Assembly: GCA_964658125.1 (NCBI GenBank)
Contig: CAZZYB010000001.1
Span: 1 to 34,708, forward strand
Direction: 5' to 3'
From: an uncultured Acetobacteraceae bacterium
Lineage (GTDB): Bacteria; Acidobacteriota; Terriglobia; Terriglobales; Acidobacteriaceae
Length of the DNA: 34,708 nucleotides
Within the stretch, counting starts at the first letter, position 1; each line of letters begins with the position of its first letter. Positions 1 through 11,400 of this stretch are shown here, in pieces. Under the pieces are notes generated by a model, which did no database searches, was not told the DNA's origin, and worked only from the letters and a program-made list of their open reading frames with translations. The position numbers were made by a program, and so were the translations under genes.

Positions 1-898
1 CCTCATGCTCTACGATATCGACAGCCTGTTTCAGTCCGCACAGATCGCAACCGCGCTGACTCTGTACGCATTGCGCGGGACACAAGCAGCCTACGATGAA
101 CGCCTGCACGCCGCGCGTCCGCATCCAGGCCAGGTCCACAGCGCCGCGTCTCTCCGCGAGTTGCTCTCCGGCGCGCCGCATCACCAATCCAGCACGAAGG
201 TTCAGGACGCCTACTGCCTCCGCTGCGTGCCCCAGGTCCACGGAGCCGTATGGGACACGTTGCGCCACGCCGAGCGCATCTTCGCCATCGAACTCAACGC
301 CGCCACCGACAACCCTCTGCTCTTCGGCGACGACTTCATCTCCGGCGGCAACTTCCACGGCGCGCCCCTCGCCCTCGCTCTCGATCAACTGGCAATCGCC
401 CTCTGCCAACTCGGAGGCATCTCCGAACGCCGCAGCGAGCGCCTCATGAATCCCAGCCTCAACGAGGGCCTCCCCGCTTTCCTCGCCACGCGTCCCGGCA
501 TAGAGTCCGGCTTTATGATGGCCCAGGTCACCGCCGCCGCCCTCGTCGCCGAGATGCGCGTCCTCGCGACGCCGGCATCCGCGTGCTCCATCCCCACCAG
601 CGGTAACCAGGAAGACTTCGTCAGCATGGGCATGACCTCCGCGTTGAAGCTCATGCAGTCCGCCGGACACTGCCGCATGGTGCTCGCCATCGAATGGCTC
701 ACCGCCACGCGTGCCCTCGACATCCGCGGCGACGACTTCATTTCGCCCCTCCTCGACGCGGCGCGCACAGCGTTCCGTATCGAATGCCCTTCGTGGGAAG
801 GCGACTGCATCCTCTCCGTGCCGATGGCGAACGCTGATGCCTTCCTCTTCAGCGCAGACTGGCCCGCGATCCTTGTTCCGCAGGAGGTTCTCGCATGA
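1..898 (+). CDS. hutH: Histidine ammonia-lyase (C-terminal part; gene begins upstream of the window)
   Basis: HAL/PAL motifs [28 protein letters not shown] and NQEDFVSMG. The MIO-forming ASG motif is not in the window, so the gene is 5'-truncated. Its stop overlaps the hutU start (ATGA, 895-898). Confidence 0.95.
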   Translation, partial: LMLYDIDSLFQSAQIATALTLYALRGTQAAYDERLHAARPHPGQVHSAASLRELLSGAPHHQSSTKVQDAYCLRCVPQVHGAVWDTLRHAERIFAIELNAATDNPLLFGDDFISGGNFHGAPLALALDQLAIALCQLGGISERRSERLMNPSLNEGLPAFLATRPGIESGFMMAQVTAAALVAEMRVLATPASACSIPTSGNQEDFVSMGMTSALKLMQSAGHCRMVLAIEWLTATRALDIRGDDFISPLLDAARTAFRIECPSWEGDCILSVPMANADAFLFSADWPAILVPQEVLA

Positions 899-2556
899 GT
901 GGCTACACGCCCCTCCGAGCACCTCGCGGCAACACGCGCACCGCTCCCGGCTGGATTCAGGAGGCCGCCAAGCGCATGTTGATGAACAACCTTGACCCCG
1001 AAGTTGCGGAGAAGCCCGAGGAACTCATCGTCTACGGAGGCCGCGGCAAAGCAGCGCGCAACTGGGAGGCGTACCACACAATCATCGCCACGCTCGACCG
1101 CTTGCAGAACAACCAGACCCTCCTCGTGCAGTCCGGCAAAGCCGTAGCCGTTCTCGAGACCCACGCCCTCGCACCGCGCGTCCTGATCGCCAACTCCAAC
1201 CTCGTTCCCCACTGGGCGAACTGGGAAGAGTTTGATCGCCTCGACCGCGAAGGCCTTATGATGTACGGACAAATGACCGCGGGCTCATGGATCTACATCG
1301 GCACGCAGGGCATCCTGCAAGGCACCTACGAAACCTTCCTCGGCGCGGCGCAGAAATACTTCAATGGCTCTCTGAAAAACACCATCACCGTCACTGCCGG
1401 TCTGGGCGGCATGGGCGGTGCACAGCCTCTCGCGGTCAAGCTCGCCGGCGGCGTCAGCATCTGCATTGAAGTCGACGCCAGCCGCATTCAACGCCGCATC
1501 GAAACCCGCTATCTCGACGAAGCTGTCACCACGCTAGACGAAGCCATCACCCGCGCCACCGCTGCCCGCAACGCAGGCCAGGCCCTCTCCATCGGCCTGC
1601 TCGGCAACGCAGCCGAAATCCTTCCAGCCATCGTCCGCAGCGGCTTCCTCCCCGACATCGTCACCGACCAGACCAGCGCCCACGACCCTCTCTACGGCTA
1701 CTGGCCCGTCGCCTCTGCCGACGAAGACCTCGCAACCCAGCGCACCCTCAATCCAGAGAAATATCTCGCTCGCGTTCGGACCGACGTCGCCACGCACGTC
1801 GAAGCTATCCTCGAATTGCAGCGCCGCGGCTCCATCTGTTTCGACTACGGTAACAACCTGCGCGCACAGGCGAAAATAGCCGGCGTATCCAATGCATTCG
1901 ACTACCCCGGCTTCGTCCCCGCCTTCATCCGCGACTCGTTCTGTGAGGGCCGCGGTCCTTTCCGCTGGGTAGCCCTCTCCGGCGATCCCGCCGACATCGC
2001 CGCCACCGACGCGGCACTCCTCAAGCTCTTCCCCGACGATGCACGACTCAACCAATGGCTCCCCTGGGCAGGCAAACACGTTGCATTTCAAGGCCTCCCC
2101 GCGCGCATTTGCTGGCTCGGTTACCGCGAGCGCGATCAGGCCGGCCTGCTCTTCAACCAGATGGTCCGCGACGGCCGGCTCAAAGCGCCCATTGTCATCG
2201 GCCGCGATCACCTCGACGCCGGTTCCGTCGCCAGCCCCTGTCGCGAAACCGAAGCCATGCTCGATGGCTCCGACGCCGTATCCGACTGGGCGCTCCTCAA
2301 CTTCGCCACTGGCATCGCCAGCGGAGCAGGTTGGATGAGCTTCCACCACGGCGGCGGTGTCGGCATGGGCTACAGTCAACACGCGGGCCTCGTCGCCGTA
2401 GCTGACGGCAGCGATGAAGCCGAGCAGCGCCTGCGCCTCTGTCTCACCAACGATCCCGCGATGGGCGTCATCCGGCACGCTGACGCGGGCTACACGAAAG
2501 CCCAGGCGGTCGCCGCAGCCCGCGGCCTCGACATGCCGAGCCTCAAGCTACCATAG
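895..2556 (+). CDS. hutU: Urocanate hydratase
   Basis: 553 aa with [56 protein letters not shown] and HHGGGVGMG. Confidence 0.98.
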   Translation: MSGYTPLRAPRGNTRTAPGWIQEAAKRMLMNNLDPEVAEKPEELIVYGGRGKAARNWEAYHTIIATLDRLQNNQTLLVQSGKAVAVLETHALAPRVLIANSNLVPHWANWEEFDRLDREGLMMYGQMTAGSWIYIGTQGILQGTYETFLGAAQKYFNGSLKNTITVTAGLGGMGGAQPLAVKLAGGVSICIEVDASRIQRRIETRYLDEAVTTLDEAITRATAARNAGQALSIGLLGNAAEILPAIVRSGFLPDIVTDQTSAHDPLYGYWPVASADEDLATQRTLNPEKYLARVRTDVATHVEAILELQRRGSICFDYGNNLRAQAKIAGVSNAFDYPGFVPAFIRDSFCEGRGPFRWVALSGDPADIAATDAALLKLFPDDARLNQWLPWAGKHVAFQGLPARICWLGYRERDQAGLLFNQMVRDGRLKAPIVIGRDHLDAGSVASPCRETEAMLDGSDAVSDWALLNFATGIASGAGWMSFHHGGGVGMGYSQHAGLVAVADGSDEAEQRLRLCLTNDPAMGVIRHADAGYTKAQAVAAARGLDMPSLKLP

Positions 2557-2571
2557 GTCCGGAGCACCACC

Positions 2572-3795
2572 ATGAGCGAGCTTCTCCTCACCGGCATCTC
2601 CCAACTCGCCACACCGCACGGCCCCGCGGCAAAGCGCGGCGCAGCCATGCGAGACCTTCGCATCGTTCCCGACGCCGCCATCGCCATCGACGCCGGCATC
2701 ATCTCCTGGGTCGGCCCCGCAAACCAGTGGAGCGGCCAAGCTGCCAACATCATCGACCTCGAAAACCGCGCCGTCGTTCCCGGCCTCATCGATCCGCATA
2801 CGCACGCCATCTGGGCCGGCGACCGCCTCGCCGACTTCGACGCACGCAGCTCCGGCGGCACTTACGAACAAATTCTCGCGGCAGGCGGCGGCATCTGGCA
2901 CACCATCCGCGAGACGGCCTGCAAATCTATCGACGAAATGGCCGCCCTCGCGCTCCCTCGAATTCAGGATCTCGTCCGCTCCGGCGCCACCACCATCGAG
3001 ATAAAATCCGGCTACGGCTACACCCCTGATGCCGAGATAAAAATGTTGCAGGCCGTGCGCGTTTTGCAGCAGCAGACCGCAGCCAGCCTCATCCCCACGC
3101 TGCTGATCCACGTTTGCCCGATCACGACAGCGGAGTGCGTCATCTATCGCGACAGCATCTGCAACGAACTGCTCCCAGCGGTTGCGCGCGAAGGTCTCGC
3201 TACGGCGGTAGACATTTTCGTCGAGAGCCACGCGTGGAACGCAGCGGACGCCGAAGTGATCCTGCTCTGCGCCCGCGCTCACGGCCTCGCCATCAAGCTC
3301 CACACCGAGCAGTTCCGTTCCGTCGGCGGTCTCGAACTTGGCGTCAAACTCGGTGCACTCAGCGTCGACCATCTCGAAGCCTGCACCCCCAAACGACTCT
3401 CTCTCATCGCCTCATCGGCGACCATCGCGACGGTCCTCCCCGGGGTCTCGCTTCACCTCGGTCTCCCCGCTGCTCCCGGCCGCGCACTCATCGACGCAGG
3501 CGCCGCCGTAGCCATCGGCACAGATCTCAACCCCGGGTCCAGCCCGCTCTTCTCAACCTCTACCGCGATGGCTCTAGCCGTCAGATTGAACGGCCTCAGC
3601 CCCGCCGAAGCTCTCACAGCCTCAACAGCGAACGCCGCAGCCGCACTAGGTTTGGCTGACGTCGGACGCCTCGAAGCAGGTCAGCGTGCAGACCTCCTCG
3701 TGCTCGATAGCGCGGACTGGAGAGACCTCGCCTACACCCTCGGAAAATCCGTCGTCAGCGAAGTCTGGATCGCCGGGCGAAGGCAGGCCCTATGA
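2572..3795 (+). CDS. hutI: Imidazolonepropionase
   Basis: Amidohydrolase motifs DPHTH, EIKSGYG, KLHTEQ, SVDHLE and GTDLNPGSS. GGAG RBS upstream; hut context. Confidence 0.95.
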   Translation: MSELLLTGISQLATPHGPAAKRGAAMRDLRIVPDAAIAIDAGIISWVGPANQWSGQAANIIDLENRAVVPGLIDPHTHAIWAGDRLADFDARSSGGTYEQILAAGGGIWHTIRETACKSIDEMAALALPRIQDLVRSGATTIEIKSGYGYTPDAEIKMLQAVRVLQQQTAASLIPTLLIHVCPITTAECVIYRDSICNELLPAVAREGLATAVDIFVESHAWNAADAEVILLCARAHGLAIKLHTEQFRSVGGLELGVKLGALSVDHLEACTPKRLSLIASSATIATVLPGVSLHLGLPAAPGRALIDAGAAVAIGTDLNPGSSPLFSTSTAMALAVRLNGLSPAEALTASTANAAAALGLADVGRLEAGQRADLLVLDSADWRDLAYTLGKSVVSEVWIAGRRQAL

Positions 3796-5171
3796 CGACC
3801 TCTTACCAACCCGAACTGCTCTACCTCGACGGCAAATTCCGCAGCGGGTACGCCCTCGAAGCAGGTACTGACGGCATCATCCGCTACGTCGGTCCCGTCC
3901 GGGATTCCACCAACATCATCCGCATGCCCGGCCGCGCTCTCCTGCCTGGCATGGTCGACATCCACTCGCACTCATTTCAACGAGCCCTGCGAGGCCGCGC
4001 CGAATCCCGCCGCCGCAGCGGTCCAGACTTCTGGTCGTGGCGCAACATCATGTACCGCTGCGCCCTCGCACTCACTCCTGAAGAAATTTACGATGTCGCA
4101 CGCATGGCCTTCCTTGAAATGGCGCTCGCAGGAATCACCACCATCGGCGAATTCCACTACCTGCATCGCACACCAACCGGCACACCTTACGACGATCCAA
4201 ACCTGCTCGCAAAACAAATCATTCGCGCTGCCCAAAGCGTCGGCATCCGTATCGTGCTGCTCCGTTGCGCGTACGTCCGCGCCGGTTTCAACCTCCCTCC
4301 GGACGCAGGACAAACCCGCTTCCTCGAACCCGATGCCGACGCCTTCCTCCAACACTCCGAATCGCTACAGCGCGAGATCGCTTGCCTGCCGACCGTCACC
4401 TTCGGCATCGCACCTCACTCTGTACGCGCCGTCCCGCAGGACTACCTCAGGACAATCTCGCAGTGGGCACACTCGCAGTCTCTCCCCATTCATATGCACG
4501 TTTCCGAGCAGCCCGCCGAAATCGACGCCTGCCGCGCGGAGTACGGCGCCACTCCCTTTGAGTTCCTGGACAACCTTGGCCTTCTCACACCCGACTTCAC
4601 GGCTATCCACGCCATCCACCTCCACCCCGGCGAAGTCGAACGCATGGCCCGCGCAAAAATCACCGTAGGTGCGTGCCCCACCACCGAGCGCAACCTCGGC
4701 GACGGCATCCTCTGCGCCGAGAAGCTCATCGACGCCGGGATCTCCATCGCCTTCGGCACCGACAGCCACGCCCAGACCGACGCGCTCGAACAAGCCCGCG
4801 AGCTCGAATCTAACCTCCGCCTCACTCATCTCCAACGCGCGGTTCTCGACGGCCGCAACGGCGAATCGCTGCCCCGCCTGCTCTTCGACTTCGCCACAAC
4901 CTCAGGTGCGCACTCGCTCCACCTCGACACCGGCACTCTTGCCGTCGGAAAGCCCACCGACTTCTTTACAGTCAATCTCTCCGAGGCTTCCATCGCCGGC
5001 AGCCTCCCCGAGCAACTCCTCACCAACATCGTCTTCAGCATGTCGCCGCGCGGTATCAGCGACGTGATCGTCGACGGCAAGATTGTTATCGATCAAGGTA
5101 GGCACACTTCGCAACAGGAAATCGTCGACGCCTTTCACCGTGTTCAACGGCGACTCGGAGCGGAGTTATGA
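3792..5171 (+). CDS. hutF: Formimidoylglutamate deiminase
   Basis: HSHSFQR, FWSWR, GEFHYLH, APHSVRAV, HMHVSEQ, CPTTERNLGDG and GTDSH. ATGA overlaps with both neighbours. Confidence 0.93.
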   Translation: MTTSYQPELLYLDGKFRSGYALEAGTDGIIRYVGPVRDSTNIIRMPGRALLPGMVDIHSHSFQRALRGRAESRRRSGPDFWSWRNIMYRCALALTPEEIYDVARMAFLEMALAGITTIGEFHYLHRTPTGTPYDDPNLLAKQIIRAAQSVGIRIVLLRCAYVRAGFNLPPDAGQTRFLEPDADAFLQHSESLQREIACLPTVTFGIAPHSVRAVPQDYLRTISQWAHSQSLPIHMHVSEQPAEIDACRAEYGATPFEFLDNLGLLTPDFTAIHAIHLHPGEVERMARAKITVGACPTTERNLGDGILCAEKLIDAGISIAFGTDSHAQTDALEQARELESNLRLTHLQRAVLDGRNGESLPRLLFDFATTSGAHSLHLDTGTLAVGKPTDFFTVNLSEASIAGSLPEQLLTNIVFSMSPRGISDVIVDGKIVIDQGRHTSQQEIVDAFHRVQRRLGAEL

Positions 5172-6295
5172 CTTCCACCCAGGAAATCCTGCGACAACTG
5201 GTTGCCATCCCAAGCGTTTCCAGTCTGAGCAATCGCCCCATCATCGAATCCATCCAGAGCTTCTTCGCACCTCTCGGCTGGCATCACCGCGTCCTGCGAT
5301 ACGAAGACCCATCCGGCGTCGAGAAACTCAATCTCATCGTCTCGCCCCAACCATTACGCGATAGCACCACCCACGCAGAGCTCGCCATCATCTGCCACAC
5401 GGACACTGTTCCCTACAGCACGGCCTGGCCGGAAGCGATCACGCTTACCGAACGCGACGGGATGCTGCACGGATGCGGTGCCTGCGACGTAAAGGGCTTT
5501 CTCTCCTGCATGATCTCCGCTGCATCCGCGCTCGATACCACGCAACTCAGCAAGCAACTCTGCATGGTCTTCACCTCCGATGAAGAAGTGGGCTGCCGCG
5601 GCGCGCGTTTCCTCACAGAACAAAATGCGCTCAGACCACGCTATGCGATCGTCGGCGAACCAACGTCTCTCATCCCTGCGCGCGCAGGCAAAGGCTATTG
5701 CCTCGCTTCGATATCGGTCCACGGCAAGTCCGCCCACAGCGCCTACCCAAGCTCCGGCCACTCCGCCATCTTCGCCGCCGCCAAGCTCATTACCGGGATA
5801 GAACACCTCGCCGAAGAACTGACGACACATCGCAACGAAGCCTTCGATCCCCCCTTCACAACGCTCAACATCGGAGAGATCCACGGCGGAACGGCGAAGA
5901 ACGTAGTCCCAGCCGAGTGCTCATTCCTCGTAGAGTGGCGACCCATTCCCAACCAATCGCCAAGCCTCGTAGCGGACCAACTCAAGCAACTCGCAACAGA
6001 CCACGCCAGCGTCAACATCAGAATCAGCGTCACCATTCAGCGCATGGATTCGGGCTTTGAAACCTCGACCGACAGTCCGGTTCTTCAAGCCGTACGCACC
6101 GATCCTACAGCCCCGACTCTAAGCGTCGGCTTCGGAACCGAAGCCCCCTGGCTCTCGCGCATGGGTGCCGAAGCCGTCGTCATCGGTCCCGGCTCAATGC
6201 TCACGGCACACAGCCCGCGAGAGTGCGTCCCCATAAAAGAGCTCGACGACTGCGTGCAAATGCTGCGCACAGCCATCGAGTCTCTCTGCCGCTAA
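5168..6295 (+). CDS. argE: M20/ArgE-family N-acyl-amino-acid deacylase (acetylornithine deacetylase-like; candidate N-formylglutamate deformylase)
   Basis: M20 metal-binding motifs HTDTVP, GACDVKG, DEEVG, GEPT, GTEA and AHSPRE. Coupled to hutF by an ATGA overlap. Confidence 0.85.
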   Translation: MTSTQEILRQLVAIPSVSSLSNRPIIESIQSFFAPLGWHHRVLRYEDPSGVEKLNLIVSPQPLRDSTTHAELAIICHTDTVPYSTAWPEAITLTERDGMLHGCGACDVKGFLSCMISAASALDTTQLSKQLCMVFTSDEEVGCRGARFLTEQNALRPRYAIVGEPTSLIPARAGKGYCLASISVHGKSAHSAYPSSGHSAIFAAAKLITGIEHLAEELTTHRNEAFDPPFTTLNIGEIHGGTAKNVVPAECSFLVEWRPIPNQSPSLVADQLKQLATDHASVNIRISVTIQRMDSGFETSTDSPVLQAVRTDPTAPTLSVGFGTEAPWLSRMGAEAVVIGPGSMLTAHSPRECVPIKELDDCVQMLRTAIESLCR

Positions 6296-6298
6296 GCT

Positions 6299-8371
6299 TT
6301 AGGGCTTGTTTGGTTCCACAGTTCCCGCAAAACCATCTGCAATAAACTTCAGCATGTGCTCGCGCGCAATCAGTCCATGCCACGGTTCAGTGCTTGGCCT
6401 GCCCGCGAAATTTCCGCCTAACGCCCCATGATCCTCGCGCGGAAACAGCAGCATCTGTACAGGCACACCCTCCTGCCGCAGCGCCCTGTACATCTCCTTA
6501 GACTGTCCTTCAGGATCGGTCGTATCTGCCTGCCCTTGCAACAGCAGAAACGGCGTCTTCGCGTTCTTCGCATAAGCCAGCGGGCTCTGCCGCCATGCGC
6601 TCTCGAAGTTGCGCCAGGGCATCCCCGTATACCAACGGTCACCATACGAACCCGACTCCGTCCCATACTCGCTGAACTGATCGATGACCGGCGCGCCGGA
6701 AACAATCGCCTTGAAACGATCAGTCTTGCCTTCGACGAACCCGGCCATTTCGCCCCCGTAGCTGTATCCAATCAACGCCAGCTTCGTTGCATCAATTGGC
6801 GCGGTGCGGATCACTTCATCGACTCCCATCATGATGTCGAGATAATCGCCGTTGCCCATGTCGTTCTTGTTCGCCGCTTCAAACGCAGAGCCGTAACCCG
6901 TGCTTCCACGCGGATTCGTCACCAGCACAGCCCATCCTTGCCCAAGTAAGAGACTCGTCAACGGCGAGTAGGCATCGGTGAACTGCCCTCGCGGCCCGCC
7001 ATGCACATTCACCACCATCGGCACCTTGCCCGACGCAGCCTGCGGCGGGAGATACAGCAAGCCTTCCACCGTGAATCCAGCCCGCTTCCACGACATCGGC
7101 TTCGAAGCAACAGCAGTCCAACCCGCCGGAATCAACTCCGGTTGCTCCAACCTCTTACCCTTCTGATCCGGAGATGTTGTCATGTGGATAGAAGCCGGCA
7201 CAGTGCTGGAGCTCGCAATGTAGACCCAAGCCTGCTTCTTCGCATCGGGCCGAAAGCCGCTGATGACAGGCATTCCAAGATCGTAAGGCTTTGCCTCGCC
7301 AGTAGTGAGATCGATGCGCGCCACCGTTTCACGCATGCCGCGATTCAGAGCAACCACAGCACTCTTGTCATCCTCCGCAACATACAAAGTCCCCGGAGAT
7401 AGCGTGCTGTCCTTCAGCGCACCCGTCAGATTGTGAAGCTTGCTGGTCGCAAGGTCGAATGTAAAAAGATCCGCGCAACCTTCCGGTGCATCGACATCGC
7501 ACTTCGCAAACAGCACCAGCCGCCTGCCATCATGCATCCACGCAACGCGGCGCGCAGATAGGGGCAGTCCCGCCACAGTTGTCTGCTCCGACGGTGTGAT
7601 CGCGGAAACAATCGTGCCGATCGTACTCGGTCCCAGGTCGCGAAGCTTGGCATGAGTCAGCACCAGCAGCTTCGTCGAGTCCTCACTCCACGTCACGCTG
7701 TCCATGTCCTTCAGCGTCGGAACGTCGCGAGATTTCCACGTTGCTGTATCGATCAGGTACAAGCGGTGTTCAAGCTCATTATGTTCAACCCAGATCACGT
7801 CCTTCTGCTCACGCATCTCGCGTGTGCGCGTTGGCGACTGCGGATCGGTCGCTACCACCGCAAGGGTTTTGCCGTCAGGCGAAATTGAATACGAGCTGAC
7901 GTCGACTGCCGCAGCCGGACCACCGCCCACCGGCGGGTGTTCAAGCTTGATCGGCGCCGCCTCGCCACCGTCCAGCGGTAAGCGAAGTATTTGCGACTTC
8001 TCTCCGCGACGAGCGATAAACAGAATCGCACTGCCGTCCGGCATGTACTCCGCCGAACGCTCTCCCATTCCTCCGCCACGGCGTCCACTGGCACCCGCCG
8101 CGCCGCCTGCATCCGGAGCCGGGGCTGGCTCACCGAAGGTCAACTGCCGCGGTGCGGAACCATCGGTGTTCAACAGCCATAAATGGCTGCCGCCGCCATC
8201 AGCCGTGCTCTCCTGCACCACCGCCAGGACGTGCTTCAGGTCGGGCGAAAGCACGGGGCTGGAAATGCCGCGCGTATGCCGCAGGTCTTCATTGCTGGGA
8301 AAATGTTGCGCCGCGACCGGCACAGTCAACGCAAGCGGTAATAAAAGGGCGGCACCAAATCTGCAATTCAT
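6299..8371 (-). CDS. Exported S9-family (prolyl oligopeptidase/acylaminoacyl peptidase-like) serine peptidase
   Basis: Signal peptide, beta-propeller repeats (SPDGK), VHGGP, NPRGSTGYG, nucleophile GYSYGG, catalytic Asp/His region (QADTTD, EDHG). RBS GAGGAG. Confidence 0.9.
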   Translation of the reverse strand: MNCRFGAALLLPLALTVPVAAQHFPSNEDLRHTRGISSPVLSPDLKHVLAVVQESTADGGGSHLWLLNTDGSAPRQLTFGEPAPAPDAGGAAGASGRRGGGMGERSAEYMPDGSAILFIARRGEKSQILRLPLDGGEAAPIKLEHPPVGGGPAAAVDVSSYSISPDGKTLAVVATDPQSPTRTREMREQKDVIWVEHNELEHRLYLIDTATWKSRDVPTLKDMDSVTWSEDSTKLLVLTHAKLRDLGPSTIGTIVSAITPSEQTTVAGLPLSARRVAWMHDGRRLVLFAKCDVDAPEGCADLFTFDLATSKLHNLTGALKDSTLSPGTLYVAEDDKSAVVALNRGMRETVARIDLTTGEAKPYDLGMPVISGFRPDAKKQAWVYIASSSTVPASIHMTTSPDQKGKRLEQPELIPAGWTAVASKPMSWKRAGFTVEGLLYLPPQAASGKVPMVVNVHGGPRGQFTDAYSPLTSLLLGQGWAVLVTNPRGSTGYGSAFEAANKNDMGNGDYLDIMMGVDEVIRTAPIDATKLALIGYSYGGEMAGFVEGKTDRFKAIVSGAPVIDQFSEYGTESGSYGDRWYTGMPWRNFESAWRQSPLAYAKNAKTPFLLLQGQADTTDPEGQSKEMYRALRQEGVPVQMLLFPREDHGALGGNFAGRPSTEPWHGLIAREHMLKFIADGFAGTVEPNKP

Positions 8372-8391
8372 TTCCTTCTCCTCGAAAACTA

Positions 8392-8439
8392 TCCCCTGTT
8401 TCGCCAGATGTCGAGTTGTCGACTTAGCAAAACAGGGGA
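8392..8439 (-). terminator. Stem-loop after the transporter gene (terminator or mRNA-stabilising hairpin)
   Basis: TCCCCTGTTT (8392-8401) pairs with AAACAGGGGA (8430-8439), with an inner GTCGA/TCGAC stem. Followed by TAGTTTT on the minus strand. Confidence 0.6.
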
Positions 8440-8459
8440 CCGGTTATGTCATCTCGCGT

Positions 8460-11400
8460 TTAGAACGAGTACCGCAAAGAGAACTGCTGCCGACGCGGTG
8501 TGTTCAGCATCGCACTGTAGTTACCGAACGATCCGCTGGTCGGGTTAGTCGTAATACTCCGCGTGTTGAAGCGCGCAGAGTTAGTTACGTTGAACACCTC
8601 CCACGAAAACCGGAGAATTTGATTCTCGGTAATCTTGAACGGTTTAGAGAGACTCGCATCGGTGCCGTAGTATCCATCCCCGCGAAAAGCATTACGCATA
8701 CCTGCTTCGCCTGGGTAAGGCAGTCGAATAAACGGACCGCCCGTCGTCGTGCTGGTGCGAATAGCGGCGGCGTTTCCGAAAGCTACTGGGACCGCGCCCG
8801 GAGCGAATATCTTGTGGCTCTGAAGCGTGGGGTCTACCTTTACCGAGAAGCTGCCAATCTCCCAGTTAGTCGTGTATCCACCCTCACCAATCGAGAACGG
8901 CAAACCGGAGGTCCAGCGCGACAGGCTGGCGAGGCGCCAACCGCCGATAGCGAGATCCTCGATCTTGCCCGCACCGTTGACAAAATGCTGGCCGCGACCG
9001 AAAGGCAGCGCATAGGATCCGTTGAAGGTGATCAGGTGACGAACATCGAAGTCCGACACGGCGCGAGATTGGGACGGAATATACGAGTTAGTCAGATAGC
9101 TTCCCGTGCCGCCCTGGGTTTCATTCGAACGCTCGGCGTCCGAGCCCAGGTCAAGCGAGTTGCCATAGGTATAACTCAAGTCCATCTGAAGACCATATTT
9201 CATAGGATGACGCAAAATAAACTGGCCCGCGTTGTAAGACGATGCACCGTTTGAAGTCCAGGCAAACAAGCTCGAAAACTGGTTTTGCCAGAACCGCGAC
9301 TGAGACGGCGTGCAGGCGTAAGAAACCGATCCGCCGCAGTAGAAATCGATATCCGCAAGCGCCGTAGTTTCGCCAAGAACGCTGCGGTAAGTGGTGAACT
9401 CATTGCAATAAATCGCTTGCGTCGCCGACTTGTTAGGGTTGGGGCAGGCCGTCGTGCTGACGTTCACCATATACGGAAACAAATCTTCAAAATAAGCGAT
9501 GTTCGGTACGGTAGCCTTCTTGTTGTTACCCGTCGCATCCACCTGTGCGGCAAGCTGTGCGCCGGCCTGGAAGTAACTCGTACCCGATTTCGTGTCCAGG
9601 AAATTAGTCGGTGCAGTGAGGTCGGACTGTTGCAGCAGGTTCCGTCCGAGGCGGCCAACGTAGTCCGCCTCCACCGTGAAGCCTCCCGGCAGAGCCCTCT
9701 GCAGCGATAGGTTGAAAACCTCCGAATAGGGCGTCTTCAACTTATTATCGACACCCCAGCTGATCGAAAAATTATTCGCCGGTGGAGCGTAAGGAAAGTT
9801 CTGCGTAGCCGCGCCGGAAGAGACTGAAAGGGCTGGCAGGTTGTTACGGCCGGTAAAGCGTGGAGCCTGTTCCGGTCCAAGAGAACCGAGCGGGCTGGTG
9901 ATCTTCGACGCCAACCCGAACGATCCGGAGGCGTTGAAGGCGTTGATAATGCCTTGACCGAAATGATCGTGATATAGACCGAATCCGGCGCGGATCGAAG
10001 TCTTGCTGTTCACCGCATACGCAAGCGAAAACCTCGGCGCGATGTTGGCCTTCTGCTTCGCCCAATAGCCCGGACGCCCATAGACCGGTCCATTGGGAGA
10101 GAACGCAAGCGTCGGCTCATAGACCACGCCTTGAGACGCCGCGATCTGGCGCTGCTTGAAGAAGGCATCCGTATCGATCGTGGGCGCCGCGGACTGTCCC
10201 GTAGTGTCATAAGGAACCTGCAGGATCGTGTGATGAATGCCAAGCGTCATGGTCAGCTTGGTCGTCGGCCGCCATGAGTCCTGAATGTAATACTCCAACT
10301 CATTCGATTTGAAATGACGATTGACGGAGCCGCCCTGCCCGATAAGGCTGCCCGTAGCGCCGCCTGGATTCACCAGGTAATTGATGTTCCGCGTAAGGGA
10401 CGACTCTGCGCCAATCAGGTTCCCGTAGGCGTTCAAATAGTTCGACGAAAAACTGGACGCAACCTTTGGGAAAGCAGATCCAAGGACCGCGTTCGGATCG
10501 GGCAGACCGTTCGTAGATAGGCCTTGTGGATTGGTCGAGCCAGCGTCCCATGAATTGGCATCGGTTGAACTGTTGTTATGAATCAGGCGCCATGTGCCGC
10601 CCACCTGAATATTATGTTTGCCCTTGCTATAAGAAAGGGTATCCGCGATCTCATTCACTGGGACACTGCGAATGGAGTTACGCGTCTCCGCGGTAGGCGA
10701 AGCGATAAAGCGAACGTCCGTGTAGGCCCCCTTGCCGACACCCGACACGCCAAAACCCTGCCGAATAAACCCATAGCGAATATCGTTGATCATGTGCGGC
10801 GTGATCGTCCACGTATCCCCGGCGGCGATGCCCTTGGTGTTGTCCTCAGTTTTGCTCGATGCCGGAAGTCCCGGGAACTGCTGTGATCCGTTGACGAGGT
10901 CCTTCTGTAGATTGCCGCGAACAAAGATGCGATGGGAGCTTGTGGGTGTCCAGTCGACCTTGAAAATCGTCGTGTTGTGCGTATACGGCGTCGGCGAAGT
11001 AAAGGTATAGGAACCCTCGTTGAGCCCGTCGCCGATAGTCGTTCCATTGGCAACGGGAATTTGTCCAAAATACGAAAGAATAGCCGCGTTCGGTCCGGGA
11101 CCGTTGGGACATGTGCCGTTGGCTACGCAGGCTCCATCCAACTGCGCCACCTGCGCCGGCGTAAGCGCGATCGTGTTGCCGCTGGCGTCCTTATACTTCA
11201 AAATTCCAGCAAGATAAGAAGCCGTTGGAACTTCCTGCGTGACAGTTGTGCTTTCATGCGTGCGCTGACCTTCATAGTTGAAGAAGAAAAATAGCTTGTC
11301 CTTCTTGATCGGGCCGCCGATAGTTCCGCCAAAAGTATGGCGTGTAAGCTGCGGGGTCTTGAGCGGCTTTCCCTGGGTAATCTGGGTGCGCTTGTTGAAC

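Noticed and set aside
385-6060. Many 60-314 aa alternative-frame and antisense ORFs over the hut operon
   Set aside because: Expected by-product of high GC and strong codon bias; the hut frames explain the region.
7704-9254. 516-aa + strand ORF spanning the S9 peptidase and transporter genes
   Set aside because: Antisense shadow of two well-supported genes; Ser/Arg-rich with no recognisable motifs.
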